NCBI GenBank assembly: GCA_022709605.1
Contig: JAKLIM010000001.1
Location: forward strand, 1 to 38,946
Reading direction: 5' to 3'
Source of the DNA: Bacteroidota bacterium
Lineage (GTDB): Bacteria > Bacteroidota > Bacteroidia > Bacteroidales > Paludibacteraceae
Length of the DNA: 38,946 nucleotides
The notes below the pieces were generated by a model, which saw nothing but the letters and a program-made list of their open reading frames with translations, searched no databases and had not been told where the DNA came from. Of this stretch, positions 10,641 through 20,098 are shown in pieces (position 1 is the stretch's first letter; every line of letters starts with the position of its first letter). The position numbers and the translations under genes are program-made.

Positions 10641-12023
10641 ATGAAAAAAAATTTAATACTGGCATTCCTTTTATTTTGTGGAATTACTGTGAGTGGTCAA
10701 TCAAAAGACCTGACAGTAATAAAAGGAGTTTTTACCAAATCAAAAACTCCCGAATCAATAACTCTTTACAAAGTAGTGAATGGCGATTTGGTTTTACATT
10801 CCAAAACACAAGTTGCAAAAGATGGCTCCTTTGGATTTGTAGTAAAACCCGAACCTGCAGGTCTGTATCGAATTGGGGAAAGACCAACCGATTCACGCAT
10901 ATATCTAAGTCCGGGGAAGAATATTTCTTTACAAATCACTGATTCAAATTTTGTAGTGAATAAAATTGATGTCGAAAACACTTTGTTAAGTCGTTGGGAT
11001 AACCTTCTTAAGCCTTTAAAGAATGCGAATCAACTGACAGGTATGCATACCTACAAAGAAATTTTCCCACTTATTCCGGATATCGAAAAGAAAAAAAATG
11101 CTTTTTATGCTACTATCCGTTCCGGAAATGTTTCTTTCGACAAACTGTTTAAAGGGTTGGTTCAGTCAGAGTTCGAATACGAATTGTATCATTTTCTTTA
11201 TATGCCACGTTCCGTTCATCCCGATGCCAACGCTTTACCCGAAGTTTACAACCGCTTGAGCCGTTTGCCGCATTTCGAAAACACATCTGTGATGAACTAC
11301 GATTTTGGTATGAGGTATATTTCAACTTTTATTCAGTATAAAATTGGTCAGCAAATAAAGGAAACTACTACTCCTGCCCTTAATTATCAGGATAGAATCT
11401 TAGCTGCTGTTACCGAATACATTAAAAATGACACGATTAAAGGATGGCATTTGATGAATAATATTTTGTTGCGCTCCAAAGCTTACGACCAGAAATATCG
11501 TGATAATATGGCCACAATCAAACCTTATATCCTTGCTGCTGATCAAAAGAAAATTCTTAAAGAATTCGAAAAAACGATACGTTCTTTCGGCGATGGCGAA
11601 CCGGCAATTAATTTTACCGGAACTACACCCGAAGGCAAAGAAGTTTCATTGTCCGATTTTGTTGGAAGTGTAGTGCTTGTTGATGTTTGGGCTACATGGT
11701 GTGGTCCTTGCAAAAAAGAAATTCCATCTCTGAAAGCACTCGAAGAGGAATTCAGAGGTAAAAAAGTGGTATTTATGAGTTATTCTATCGATGAATTAAA
11801 AGACACCGAAAAATGGAAAAAATTCATCATCGACGAAAAACTGGTTGGTGTTCAACTCATGGGTAATGCAGCCTGGAAGTCGCCAATTTGTACAGATTAC
11901 ACCATTACCGGCGTTCCACGATTTATGGTTTTCAGCAAAACAGGCAAAATCGTAACCATCGATGCTCCACGACCTTCGACTCCTGAATTAAAAGCATTGC
12001 TTGAAAAAGAATTACTTAAATAA
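10641..12023 (+). CDS. TlpA-family thiol-disulfide oxidoreductase with long N-terminal domain
   Basis: Signal peptide MKKNLILAFLLF. C-terminal thioredoxin fold 'LVDVWATWCGPCKKEIP' and cis-Pro loop 'GVPRF'. The ATG at 10641 is preferred over the TTG at 10632. Confidence 0.9.
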   Translation: MKKNLILAFLLFCGITVSGQSKDLTVIKGVFTKSKTPESITLYKVVNGDLVLHSKTQVAKDGSFGFVVKPEPAGLYRIGERPTDSRIYLSPGKNISLQITDSNFVVNKIDVENTLLSRWDNLLKPLKNANQLTGMHTYKEIFPLIPDIEKKKNAFYATIRSGNVSFDKLFKGLVQSEFEYELYHFLYMPRSVHPDANALPEVYNRLSRLPHFENTSVMNYDFGMRYISTFIQYKIGQQIKETTTPALNYQDRILAAVTEYIKNDTIKGWHLMNNILLRSKAYDQKYRDNMATIKPYILAADQKKILKEFEKTIRSFGDGEPAINFTGTTPEGKEVSLSDFVGSVVLVDVWATWCGPCKKEIPSLKALEEEFRGKKVVFMSYSIDELKDTEKWKKFIIDEKLVGVQLMGNAAWKSPICTDYTITGVPRFMVFSKTGKIVTIDAPRPSTPELKALLEKELLK

Positions 12024-12032
12024 ATTGAATAC

Positions 12033-12069
12033 TAAATGACAATCGGTATCAAAACCCGATTGTCATTTA
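12033..12069 (+). terminator. Perfect 14-bp stem-loop between the two TlpA genes (terminator or mRNA-stabilising hairpin)
   Basis: TAAATGACAATCGG (12033-12046) and CCGATTGTCATTTA (12056-12069) are exact reverse complements. The U-tract is weak. Confidence 0.55.
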
Positions 12070-12146
12070 AATTATTTGATTTAATTTAAAATATAACTTA
12101 TTGATAATGATTTAATTATACAAAATAAACAAAGTAAATATTTTTT

Positions 12147-13277
12147 ATGAAAAAATACATTTTCGCTGCAGTTTTATTTATTTCTACTCTTGTTTCTGCA
12201 CAAGATGGCTCTTATATTTTAAAAGGTAAAATCGGAAAATTGAATGCTCCCGCAAAAATTTATATGCTTGTAGGTCGCAATTCTTTAGATTCTGCCACTT
12301 TCAAAAATGGTACCTTCGAAATTAAAGGGACTATTAAATCTCCCAAAAAAGCCAGCTTATATCTCGATCGTAAAGGTGTTGGTTTTTCGGCACTTATGTC
12401 TTCAGCAAATGCTGATATGACAGAAATTTATCTTGAAAATGGTACAATTACCTTTACAGGTAAAGATTCAATTTCTACTGCTAAACCGGAAGGATCAGTT
12501 TTAAATTTAGAATTTCAGAAATATAAAACAGCTTCAGCTGCACCAAATGCGAAATTAAAAACCATAGTTGCTGATTATCGAAGTGCATCCAAAGAAAAGC
12601 AGGAAACAAAAGAGTTTATGACAGAAACGCAGGGGAAATACGAGGCTGCATCATTGGAATTAACTAATATTCAGACCGAATTTATTACATCACATCCCAA
12701 TAGTTTACTTTCACTGGATTTGATAAAAAACCTCAAAAGTGGGCCCATTGATTTAGAAATTATTGAACCACTTTACAACAGTTTGACTGAAAATGTACGC
12801 AACTCAGAAGCTGGAATCGCTTATGCCAAAGAAATTGAAAAAGCCAGAAAAGTGGCTATTGGCGTCGTTGCTCCAGAATTTTCGCAAGCCAACGAAAAAG
12901 GGGAAATCGTTAAATTATCTGATTTCAGAGGTAAATATGTACTGATTGACTTTTGGGCTTCGTGGTGTGGTCCTTGCCGTGCCGAAAACCCGAATGTAGT
13001 AAATGCTTTCAACACCTACAAAGATAAAAACTTTACAATTTTGGGTGTGTCGCTCGATGCCGAAAAACAGAGAGCTGCCTGGCTCAAAGCCGTTGCTGAT
13101 GATAAACTAGCCTGGACTCAGGTATCGGATTTGAAAGGATGGATGAATGAAGTTGCGGCTCTTTATGCTGTACGCAGCATTCCACAGAACTTTTTACTCG
13201 ATCCGGAAGGAAAAATTATTGCTAAAAATTTACGTGGTGAGGCTTTAAATGAAAAATTAAAAGAACTGTTGAAGTAA
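12147..13277 (+). CDS. TlpA/AhpC-TSA family oxidoreductase with DUF4369-like N-terminus
   Basis: Signal peptide, 'YILKGKI...DSATFKNGTFEIKG' N-domain, 'LIDFWASWCGPCRAENP' and 'SIPQNFLLDPEGKII'. Confidence 0.92.
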   Translation: MKKYIFAAVLFISTLVSAQDGSYILKGKIGKLNAPAKIYMLVGRNSLDSATFKNGTFEIKGTIKSPKKASLYLDRKGVGFSALMSSANADMTEIYLENGTITFTGKDSISTAKPEGSVLNLEFQKYKTASAAPNAKLKTIVADYRSASKEKQETKEFMTETQGKYEAASLELTNIQTEFITSHPNSLLSLDLIKNLKSGPIDLEIIEPLYNSLTENVRNSEAGIAYAKEIEKARKVAIGVVAPEFSQANEKGEIVKLSDFRGKYVLIDFWASWCGPCRAENPNVVNAFNTYKDKNFTILGVSLDAEKQRAAWLKAVADDKLAWTQVSDLKGWMNEVAALYAVRSIPQNFLLDPEGKIIAKNLRGEALNEKLKELLK

Positions 13278-13295
13278 TTTTTTTTAAATTATTAT

Positions 13296-15344
13296 ATGAG
13301 AAAAAAAGTTGTATTGCTGGCAATGCTGTGCATTTCGGTGTTTAGTTTTGCTCAAATTGAAAATCCGGTTACCTGGAGTTTTAGCAGCCGAAATGTTTCG
13401 GCTAACGAATCGGAACTGGTGCTGACAGCAACAATTGAAAAAAGCTGGCATCTTTATTCGCAGTTTATCAACGAAGGTGGTCCTGTACCTACCAGTTTTA
13501 AATTTACTCCTTCAGCCGATTACGAATTGGTTGGAAAAGTGAAAGAAACATCGCCTGTAATAAAAACGTTTGATAAAACATTCGAAATGGATGTTGCCTA
13601 TTTTTCGGGAAAAGCGGTTTTTGTTCAAAAAATAAAACTAAAAAAGCCTGAACTGAAAGTAAATGGCACGTTGGAATTTATGGTTTGCGACGATGACCAA
13701 TGCCTGCCTCCAGACGAAAAGGCATTTTCGATAGGAGTTAAAAATGATAAGGTTGCAGCCACTGAAACCACTGAGAGTGAACCGACTAAAGTTATTTTAC
13801 AAGACACAATTTCTGCTACGCTGGATACAGTAGCAGAACCACTTGCACTTGCTAAGGACACTGCAACTTTAATAGCTACTCCCGAAAACACAACTACCGG
13901 AGCTGGCGATTATACATTATGGGCAATTTTCCTTGCAGGATTTCTGGGCGGTTTGGCTGCATTTTTTATGCCTTGTATTTTCCCCATGGTGCCTTTTACT
14001 GTAAGCTACTTTACCAAATCGTCGGCCAAAGGTGGTGGTGTTGGCAAAGCACTTATTTACGGTTTTTCCATAGTGGTTATTTATGTAGGTATTGGACTGA
14101 TTGTGAGCATAGTATTTGGAGCTGATGCACTGAATAACCTTTCTACTAATGGTTTTTTCAACCTTTTCTTTTTCTTGTTGCTGGTGGTGTTTGGAGCTTC
14201 CTTTTTGGGTGCTTTCGAACTTACTCTACCTTCGAAATGGGTGAACAAAGCCGATGAAAAATCGAGCAGTAAAGGGCTTACAGGCATCTTTTTTATGGCA
14301 ACTACATTGGCACTGGTTTCATTCTCATGTACCGGACCAATCATAGGATATTTACTTGTGGAAGCAGCCACCATGGGAAGTTATTTGGGTCCGGCAATCG
14401 GAATGCTTGGATTTGCCATTGCACTTTCGCTGCCTTTTACGCTGTTTGCAATGTTCCCATCGTGGCTCAAAAGCATGCCAAAATCGGGTGGTTGGCTCAA
14501 TAGTATCAAAGTTACGCTTGGTTTCCTCGAACTGGCACTGGCGCTGAAATTTCTCTCGAATGTAGATTTGGCTTATCACTGGAATTGGTTCGATCGCGAA
14601 GTTTTTCTGGTGCTTTGGATTGTAATTTTTGCTATGCTTGGTTTTTATCTGTTGGGTAAATTACGCTTTTCGCACGACAGTGAAGTGAAAACAGTTTCCG
14701 TTTTTCGTTTGTTTTTGTCAATCATTGTTTTCTCGTTCACCGTGTATATGATTCCGGGACTTTGGGGAGCGCCATTACGGTCGATTGCAGCGTTTTTACC
14801 ACCGCAACAAACACAGGATTTCGACCTTTATACCAATTCGTTGGGTGGAGGAAATACTGACAAAGTAGCGCACGCACCACGAAAATACAGCGATAAATTT
14901 CATGCGCCTTACAATATTGATGCATTTTTCGATTACGAAGAAGGAATGGCGTATGCAAAATCGGCAAACAAACCTGTGATGATCGATTTTACGGGTCACG
15001 CCTGCGTAAACTGCCGTAAAATGGAAGCCGATGTGTGGTCAACCAAACAGGTACTTGGCATTTTGCAAAACAACTTTGTGTTGATTCAACTTTATGTGGA
15101 CGATAAAACGCAACTGCCTGATGAAGAGCAATATGTTTCGAATTTCAGCGGTAAAACAATCCGAACCATTGGCAATAAATGGAGCGATTTGCAAGCCTCA
15201 AAGTACAATGCCAACTCGCAGCCTTTCTACGTGTTGCTTTCGGCTGATGAAAAAATGCTTGTAAAACCTCAGGGTGCCAATTATAATGCTGATGAATTTG
15301 CCGCTTATTTGCAATCCGGTATCAGCGCATTTGCAGCTCAATAA
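13296..15344 (+). CDS. dsbD: Thiol:disulfide interchange protein DsbD (three-domain)
   Basis: N-terminal Ig-like domain with 'CDDDQC'. Multi-TM domain with 'MPCIFP' and 'FSCTGP'. C-terminal thioredoxin 'FTGHACVNCRKME'. Confidence 0.92.
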   Translation: MRKKVVLLAMLCISVFSFAQIENPVTWSFSSRNVSANESELVLTATIEKSWHLYSQFINEGGPVPTSFKFTPSADYELVGKVKETSPVIKTFDKTFEMDVAYFSGKAVFVQKIKLKKPELKVNGTLEFMVCDDDQCLPPDEKAFSIGVKNDKVAATETTESEPTKVILQDTISATLDTVAEPLALAKDTATLIATPENTTTGAGDYTLWAIFLAGFLGGLAAFFMPCIFPMVPFTVSYFTKSSAKGGGVGKALIYGFSIVVIYVGIGLIVSIVFGADALNNLSTNGFFNLFFFLLLVVFGASFLGAFELTLPSKWVNKADEKSSSKGLTGIFFMATTLALVSFSCTGPIIGYLLVEAATMGSYLGPAIGMLGFAIALSLPFTLFAMFPSWLKSMPKSGGWLNSIKVTLGFLELALALKFLSNVDLAYHWNWFDREVFLVLWIVIFAMLGFYLLGKLRFSHDSEVKTVSVFRLFLSIIVFSFTVYMIPGLWGAPLRSIAAFLPPQQTQDFDLYTNSLGGGNTDKVAHAPRKYSDKFHAPYNIDAFFDYEEGMAYAKSANKPVMIDFTGHACVNCRKMEADVWSTKQVLGILQNNFVLIQLYVDDKTQLPDEEQYVSNFSGKTIRTIGNKWSDLQASKYNANSQPFYVLLSADEKMLVKPQGANYNADEFAAYLQSGISAFAAQ

Positions 15345-15364
15345 TAATTTGCAGCTCAATAATA
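15329..15364. repeat. Perfect 18-bp tandem duplication spanning the dsbD stop codon
   Basis: ATTTGCAGCTCAATAATA at 15329-15346 and 15347-15364, followed by a partial TTTGCAG. Confidence 0.9.
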
Positions 15365-15389
15365 TTTTTGCAGAACACTACTTAAGAAG

Positions 15390-15425
15390 CAACCTTTGTT
15401 TAATAAGCAAAGGTTGATTTTTTTT
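15390..15425 (+). terminator. Rho-independent terminator ending the PUL-like operon
   Basis: CAACCTTTGTTT...AAGCAAAGGTTG stem followed by A and a long T run. Confidence 0.8.
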
Positions 15426-15483
15426 AAACATAATTTGATTCAAAACTTATAGTATTGACTATACCTTACACCTTTTTGATTAT

Positions 15484-15529
15484 TTTGTCCATTCATGATT
15501 GATGATTTGTATATACATTTGTCCATTCA
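15484..15529 (+). promoter_or_regulatory. 12-bp direct repeat overlapping a Bacteroidota -7 promoter box
   Basis: TTTGTCCATTCA at 15484-15495 and 15518-15529. TACATTTG (TAnnTTTG) at 15514-15521. Confidence 0.5.
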
Positions 15530-15620
15530 AAATATTGTGTAAAAATTGAAAGCTTATTTTCAATTTAAATAGCTATAATAACAATATCGAATGATTATTA
15601 ATGCCTTAAATATCAACATC

Positions 15621-18600
15621 ATGAAAAAAAATATACTCCGAAATACCCTTATTGTGTTTTTATCCTCTTTCTGTTTTCTGGCAGGAGCCGCCAATGTGGG
15701 CGACACACTAACGGTTGGTGGTAAAAAATACAAATTACTAAGCACAAACTTAATCCCAAATCCGGGCTTTGAAAGCGGCTTTACCGGTTGGACCGATGCC
15801 ACCACTTCGGCAGCATTACTTACAACGGCCAAATTCAGTATCGCAACTACAGGAGGAGTCAGCAATTCGAAATATCTGATTGGGTTAGCCAACGAAAATT
15901 CAAGCTCGTCAGGTTCTATCGGAACAGGATGGCCAATTTCTTCGGGAAAAAGTTATCTATTAGCTTTTCAGGTAAAATATCTTACAGCTACAACTGCAGC
16001 AGCCTCCGAAGTCTATCTGAAAATTTCGCGTACCAACGATAAAACATCTTCCACAGAACCCGCAGTACTTATTAATAGTACTCAGGTAAATGGTGGAGGA
16101 GTCTGGACACAAAATTACGTATATTTCACCAATTCAAGTCCTGTTTATAGCTATATTCAGGCTCGTTTTCGTTGGTTGGGCAATCGCCTGGGTTTTGATG
16201 ATTTTATGCTTTACGAAGCCATCGAAATTTTAAATACAGAAGGTTTACAAACAATAATTACAGAGGCTCAAGCTCTCTATAATGCCGCAGCCAACGGCGC
16301 TGCAGAATTACAAACAGCGATCACATCTGCTCAGGGATTTCTCTCCAGCACATCGTCGGCCGAAGTAAACACGGCCATTACCAATCTGCAAAAAGCAATT
16401 CAGACGTATAAATATGCCAATGCTTCGCCTGCCAATCCATTAGATATGACAAGCTTTATTGTCAATCCTGGATTTGACGCCAATGCCACAACCGGTTGGG
16501 AAGGCGCAGGTACAGTTAACAACCACGCCGTGGAATTTTATCAGAAAACTTTTGATATGTATCAGACTATCAGCGGTCTTCCGGCCGGGAAATACAGATT
16601 GAAAGCCAAAGGTTTTGAACGTCCCAAAGCAAACGACGTAGGAGCAGCCTACAAAGCCGGAACTGAAACAATTTATGCACGATTATATGCGCAATCACCA
16701 AATTATTCTGAAGTAAATATACCCTTCAACTCCTTGTACAAACACGCTTTCGCAGGGACAGGCTCTGCAAACGGATATGTAAATACAATGGCAGCTGCTG
16801 AGGTTATGTTTACAAACAATTCCATGAATTATTACGAAATGACTTTACCCGATATCATGCTGAATGCCGGTCAGAAGTTGACAATCGGTGCTAAAACCAA
16901 CTTCCAACAAAATGGATATTGGGCACTTTTCGATAATTTCAAACTGGAATATTTAGGTGCAACCGATATAAATGACTTAGCCATTGCACTCAACAACAGA
17001 ATAATAGAAGCTCAATATTTGTTGACACAACGAATTCAAAATTCTGTTGCCGTTGGATTGAATGCAGCCATCACGCAGGCTCAGGCGGCAACTTCGGCAA
17101 TTCCATTGGTGCAAAACGATATTACTGCCGCAAAAACGGTCGTTGATGCAGCCATTAGTTCGGCTTATACATCGATAAACGCATACCAAAAATTGCAAAA
17201 AGCCATCAACGATGCCAATCAAATTATGACTTTTTTGGAAAAGGAAACTGATATTACAAAATTGCAAAACGCCATAAGTTCAGCATCGTTGAGTTACGAA
17301 AACCGTGATTTGACACTGGCACAAATTAACACTGCCACGACAACACTGATTACCAATACCCGAAGTGTAGGCAAACAGATATATAATCCCAGCTGGATGA
17401 TGGGAGATATTTATAACCCAACAAATAACTGGTCGATAGAGCGAAGCAAACAATCGAAAAACTGGATATTGTTCTGGGAACCCGGTTTTGGAGATAATCC
17501 GGGTAGCATTGTGGATGAATGCCTGGCGCTTGCAGAGAAAAGTTTTAAATTTTATGCGGATTCACTGAAGTTTATCAAAAAAGGTGCATCCAAAACCGAT
17601 AATTACAAAATGATTATACGCCTTCGTTATACCACCGAATGGGAAGCAAGTGGTTCGGGTGTGGATAACACCATTGGATTGCTTACGCTTACTTCCTGGG
17701 CGCTTACTTCAAGAGGCGGACAAACCATTGCACACGAAGTGGGACATTGTTTCCAGTACCAGACTCACTGCGATAACAACGATTCGAACGGTTGGATGTA
17801 CGGTTACGGCGCTGATGCTTCGGGCAGTAACGGATGGTGGGAACAATGTGCGCAATGGCAGGCATATAAAGTTTTCCCAACGCAGCAATTTACCAGCGAA
17901 TGGTTCACCGGTTATTTGAGTAATGCTCACAAACATTTATTGCATGAAGCACCACGTTACAACAATTATTTTATTCAGGATTATTGGTGCAACCTGCACG
18001 GAATGGACATCATTGGTAAGTTGTGGAACAAATCCATCAAACCCGAAGATCCTGTGGAAGCTTACAAACGACTTACCGGAATTTCTCAAAGTAAATTCAA
18101 TGACGAAATGTGGGATTGCGCAGCCAAATTTACAACCTGGGATATTCCGGCATTGAAATCGTACGGTGCAAGTTACATCAGTTCGCGGACTCAACCCAAA
18201 ATGAACAATCAGGGAAGTTATGTATGGAGAATTGATTCTACGGCATGTCTTGAAAATTACGGACACAATATTATCAGAGTTAATGCACCGACTACAGCCA
18301 AAACTGTGACTGCTTATTTCGAAGGATTAGCCGGAACAAAAGGCTTCCGTAAAAACTATGTAAATTCTGCCGGCTGGCGCTATGGTTTTATCGCTTTGTT
18401 GAAAGACGGAACGCGTGTTTATGGTGAAATGAAAGCCGCCAACATGACTGAAAATGCAGGAAAAAGCAGCATTAACTTTGATTGCCCTGCTAACTGCGAC
18501 AAATTATGGTTGGTTGTTTCGGGTGCACCAACTACACACTGGCGTCATGCGTGGGACGATAATGATGCTCCGGACGAACAATGGCCTTACCAGGTGAGTT

Positions 18601-18878
18601 ACAACAATACTAATTTGTATGGATATACCAATGTGGTAATAAATGCGGTTCATAATCCTTACGAAGAAATCATCAAAATCAGCACTAATAATAACATGCT
18701 GTTTATCAGCGACATTCCATCGGAATCAACCGTAAGAATATTCAACACACTGGGCAAACATATATTGAACGAAAAAGTAAATGGAACAAGTTTTGAAACC
18801 GGGCTGCCTTCTGGAATATTTATTGTATCCATCAATACCGACCAGGGTGTGATTAACCGGAAGATAATGATAAAATAG
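15621..18878 (+). CDS. Secreted multidomain putative zinc metallopeptidase (DUF6055-like) with CBM-like and FIVAR-like modules and probable T9SS C-terminal domain
   Basis: Signal peptide. Two 'NPGFE/NPGFD...GW' beta-sandwich starts. Helical 'LQTAITSAQ'-type repeats. 'AHEVGHCFQY' HExxH with downstream 'WWEQCAQWQA'. C-terminal 'VRIFNTLGK...LPSGIFIV...RKIMIK'. The ATG at 15621 is preferred. Confidence 0.8.
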   Translation: MKKNILRNTLIVFLSSFCFLAGAANVGDTLTVGGKKYKLLSTNLIPNPGFESGFTGWTDATTSAALLTTAKFSIATTGGVSNSKYLIGLANENSSSSGSIGTGWPISSGKSYLLAFQVKYLTATTAAASEVYLKISRTNDKTSSTEPAVLINSTQVNGGGVWTQNYVYFTNSSPVYSYIQARFRWLGNRLGFDDFMLYEAIEILNTEGLQTIITEAQALYNAAANGAAELQTAITSAQGFLSSTSSAEVNTAITNLQKAIQTYKYANASPANPLDMTSFIVNPGFDANATTGWEGAGTVNNHAVEFYQKTFDMYQTISGLPAGKYRLKAKGFERPKANDVGAAYKAGTETIYARLYAQSPNYSEVNIPFNSLYKHAFAGTGSANGYVNTMAAAEVMFTNNSMNYYEMTLPDIMLNAGQKLTIGAKTNFQQNGYWALFDNFKLEYLGATDINDLAIALNNRIIEAQYLLTQRIQNSVAVGLNAAITQAQAATSAIPLVQNDITAAKTVVDAAISSAYTSINAYQKLQKAINDANQIMTFLEKETDITKLQNAISSASLSYENRDLTLAQINTATTTLITNTRSVGKQIYNPSWMMGDIYNPTNNWSIERSKQSKNWILFWEPGFGDNPGSIVDECLALAEKSFKFYADSLKFIKKGASKTDNYKMIIRLRYTTEWEASGSGVDNTIGLLTLTSWALTSRGGQTIAHEVGHCFQYQTHCDNNDSNGWMYGYGADASGSNGWWEQCAQWQAYKVFPTQQFTSEWFTGYLSNAHKHLLHEAPRYNNYFIQDYWCNLHGMDIIGKLWNKSIKPEDPVEAYKRLTGISQSKFNDEMWDCAAKFTTWDIPALKSYGASYISSRTQPKMNNQGSYVWRIDSTACLENYGHNIIRVNAPTTAKTVTAYFEGLAGTKGFRKNYVNSAGWRYGFIALLKDGTRVYGEMKAANMTENAGKSSINFDCPANCDKLWLVVSGAPTTHWRHAWDDNDAPDEQWPYQVSYNNTNLYGYTNVVINAVHNPYEEIIKISTNNNMLFISDIPSESTVRIFNTLGKHILNEKVNGTSFETGLPSGIFIVSINTDQGVINRKIMIK

Positions 18879-18889
18879 AAAAACGAATG

Positions 18890-18934
18890 AAAAAACGCCT
18901 CAAAAGTTTTCCATACAACTTTTGGGGCGTTTTT
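18890..18934. terminator. Bidirectional Rho-independent terminator between convergent genes
   Basis: AAAAAACGCCTCAAAAGTT-loop-AACTTTTGGGGCGTTTTT. Confidence 0.85.
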
Positions 18935-18984
18935 ATTTAATTTTGAAATATGTTTATGCTGAAATAATGTTATAACATGATTTA

Positions 18985-20004
18985 TTACTGATACTGAATA
19001 TAAACGGGTTGTGGTTGCAGTTTTAATAAATCTTCGGGTGTTAACATCACATGGGGCGCCTTTTTTAAATCATTTTTGTAAAATAATTTAAACCCGGTAA
19101 ATTGTACAGGCTCCTTTCGAATGTAAAGTTTATAAGTGCTTCGTTTCAGTATCGGTTCGCCCCAACCGTCCATATTCATCACAATTTGAACTTCGGGACG
19201 TAATTTTATATTTTTATAATTTTTGACCATTCCCTGTGTAAACCGATGCACAACAAGTATTTTGGGCGTCAGCTTATTCTTTTTCACTAACTTAGCCAGG
19301 TAATCCGTACAAAAATTTATGTCATCTGCATCCATGCTGCCAATTTTCTTGCCCGGTATACTACCATCTTTCATCGAAAACTCCGGGTCAATTCCCAAAT
19401 GAACCTGAGGCATTTTGAGGTATTTTTCCAACAATGGCACTTCATGTTGCAATTTACTTTTTGCAACCTGAATATCTAAAAAAAGTATGGCATTTCCCAT
19501 TTTTGCAATGGCCAGCGCTGAATCAATCTGTTGCTCGGGCATTCGTTTACAATACGTTCCGTCGGGCATTGGAATTCCCTGAGCCACCACAGCTATATAA
19601 TGAATGGCAGGAAGTACCGGTGTTGCTGAGTCGGCTTTATTCCAGGCAGCCATTTCTTCATTCAACCTGCGCCAAACTTCTTTGGGAGGAAATTCGCCCA
19701 AAATTCCCATTCGAACCGAATAAAGATTGCCATAATATGCTACAATTCTTTTGAAGGGTAAAATTGCTCCCGGTAATGGATAAGCTCTAAGATTGTTGGG
19801 CCACAAACCTGTGGTGTCCCCATTGGCCATAGCCACCATTTTTTGTTTATAAGCCAAAGTATCAAGAACCGGAATTTTATCTTTTTCGCTTTGTTCTGTC
19901 GATATTTTTTTGGTTTTGTTTTCAGTACATGCACCGAGCAGAAAAATAAATGCAAGCATACTAAAAACCACTTGAAAACTGATAGTTAGCCGTTTATATA
20001 TCAT
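18985..20004 (-). CDS. Conserved hypothetical lipoprotein (possible hydrolase fold)
   Basis: Lipobox 'LLGAC'. 339-aa ORF with enzyme-like motifs 'VAYYGN', 'FLDIQV', 'HLGIDPEF', 'VVHRF', 'MDGWG' and 'GFKLFY'. Confidence 0.8.
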   Translation of the reverse strand: MIYKRLTISFQVVFSMLAFIFLLGACTENKTKKISTEQSEKDKIPVLDTLAYKQKMVAMANGDTTGLWPNNLRAYPLPGAILPFKRIVAYYGNLYSVRMGILGEFPPKEVWRRLNEEMAAWNKADSATPVLPAIHYIAVVAQGIPMPDGTYCKRMPEQQIDSALAIAKMGNAILFLDIQVAKSKLQHEVPLLEKYLKMPQVHLGIDPEFSMKDGSIPGKKIGSMDADDINFCTDYLAKLVKKNKLTPKILVVHRFTQGMVKNYKNIKLRPEVQIVMNMDGWGEPILKRSTYKLYIRKEPVQFTGFKLFYKNDLKKAPHVMLTPEDLLKLQPQPVYIQYQ

Positions 20005-20098
20005 AATTTTAATTTTTTACTTATAAATCTGTGTTTGAATAATTTTATTTATAATATATCTACAAAAAAATATATCCCATTATTAATTCTTAAAAATA

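Noticed and set aside
15329-15373. CRISPR-like repeat
   Set aside because: The copies are directly adjacent with no spacers, and there are no cas genes in the window.
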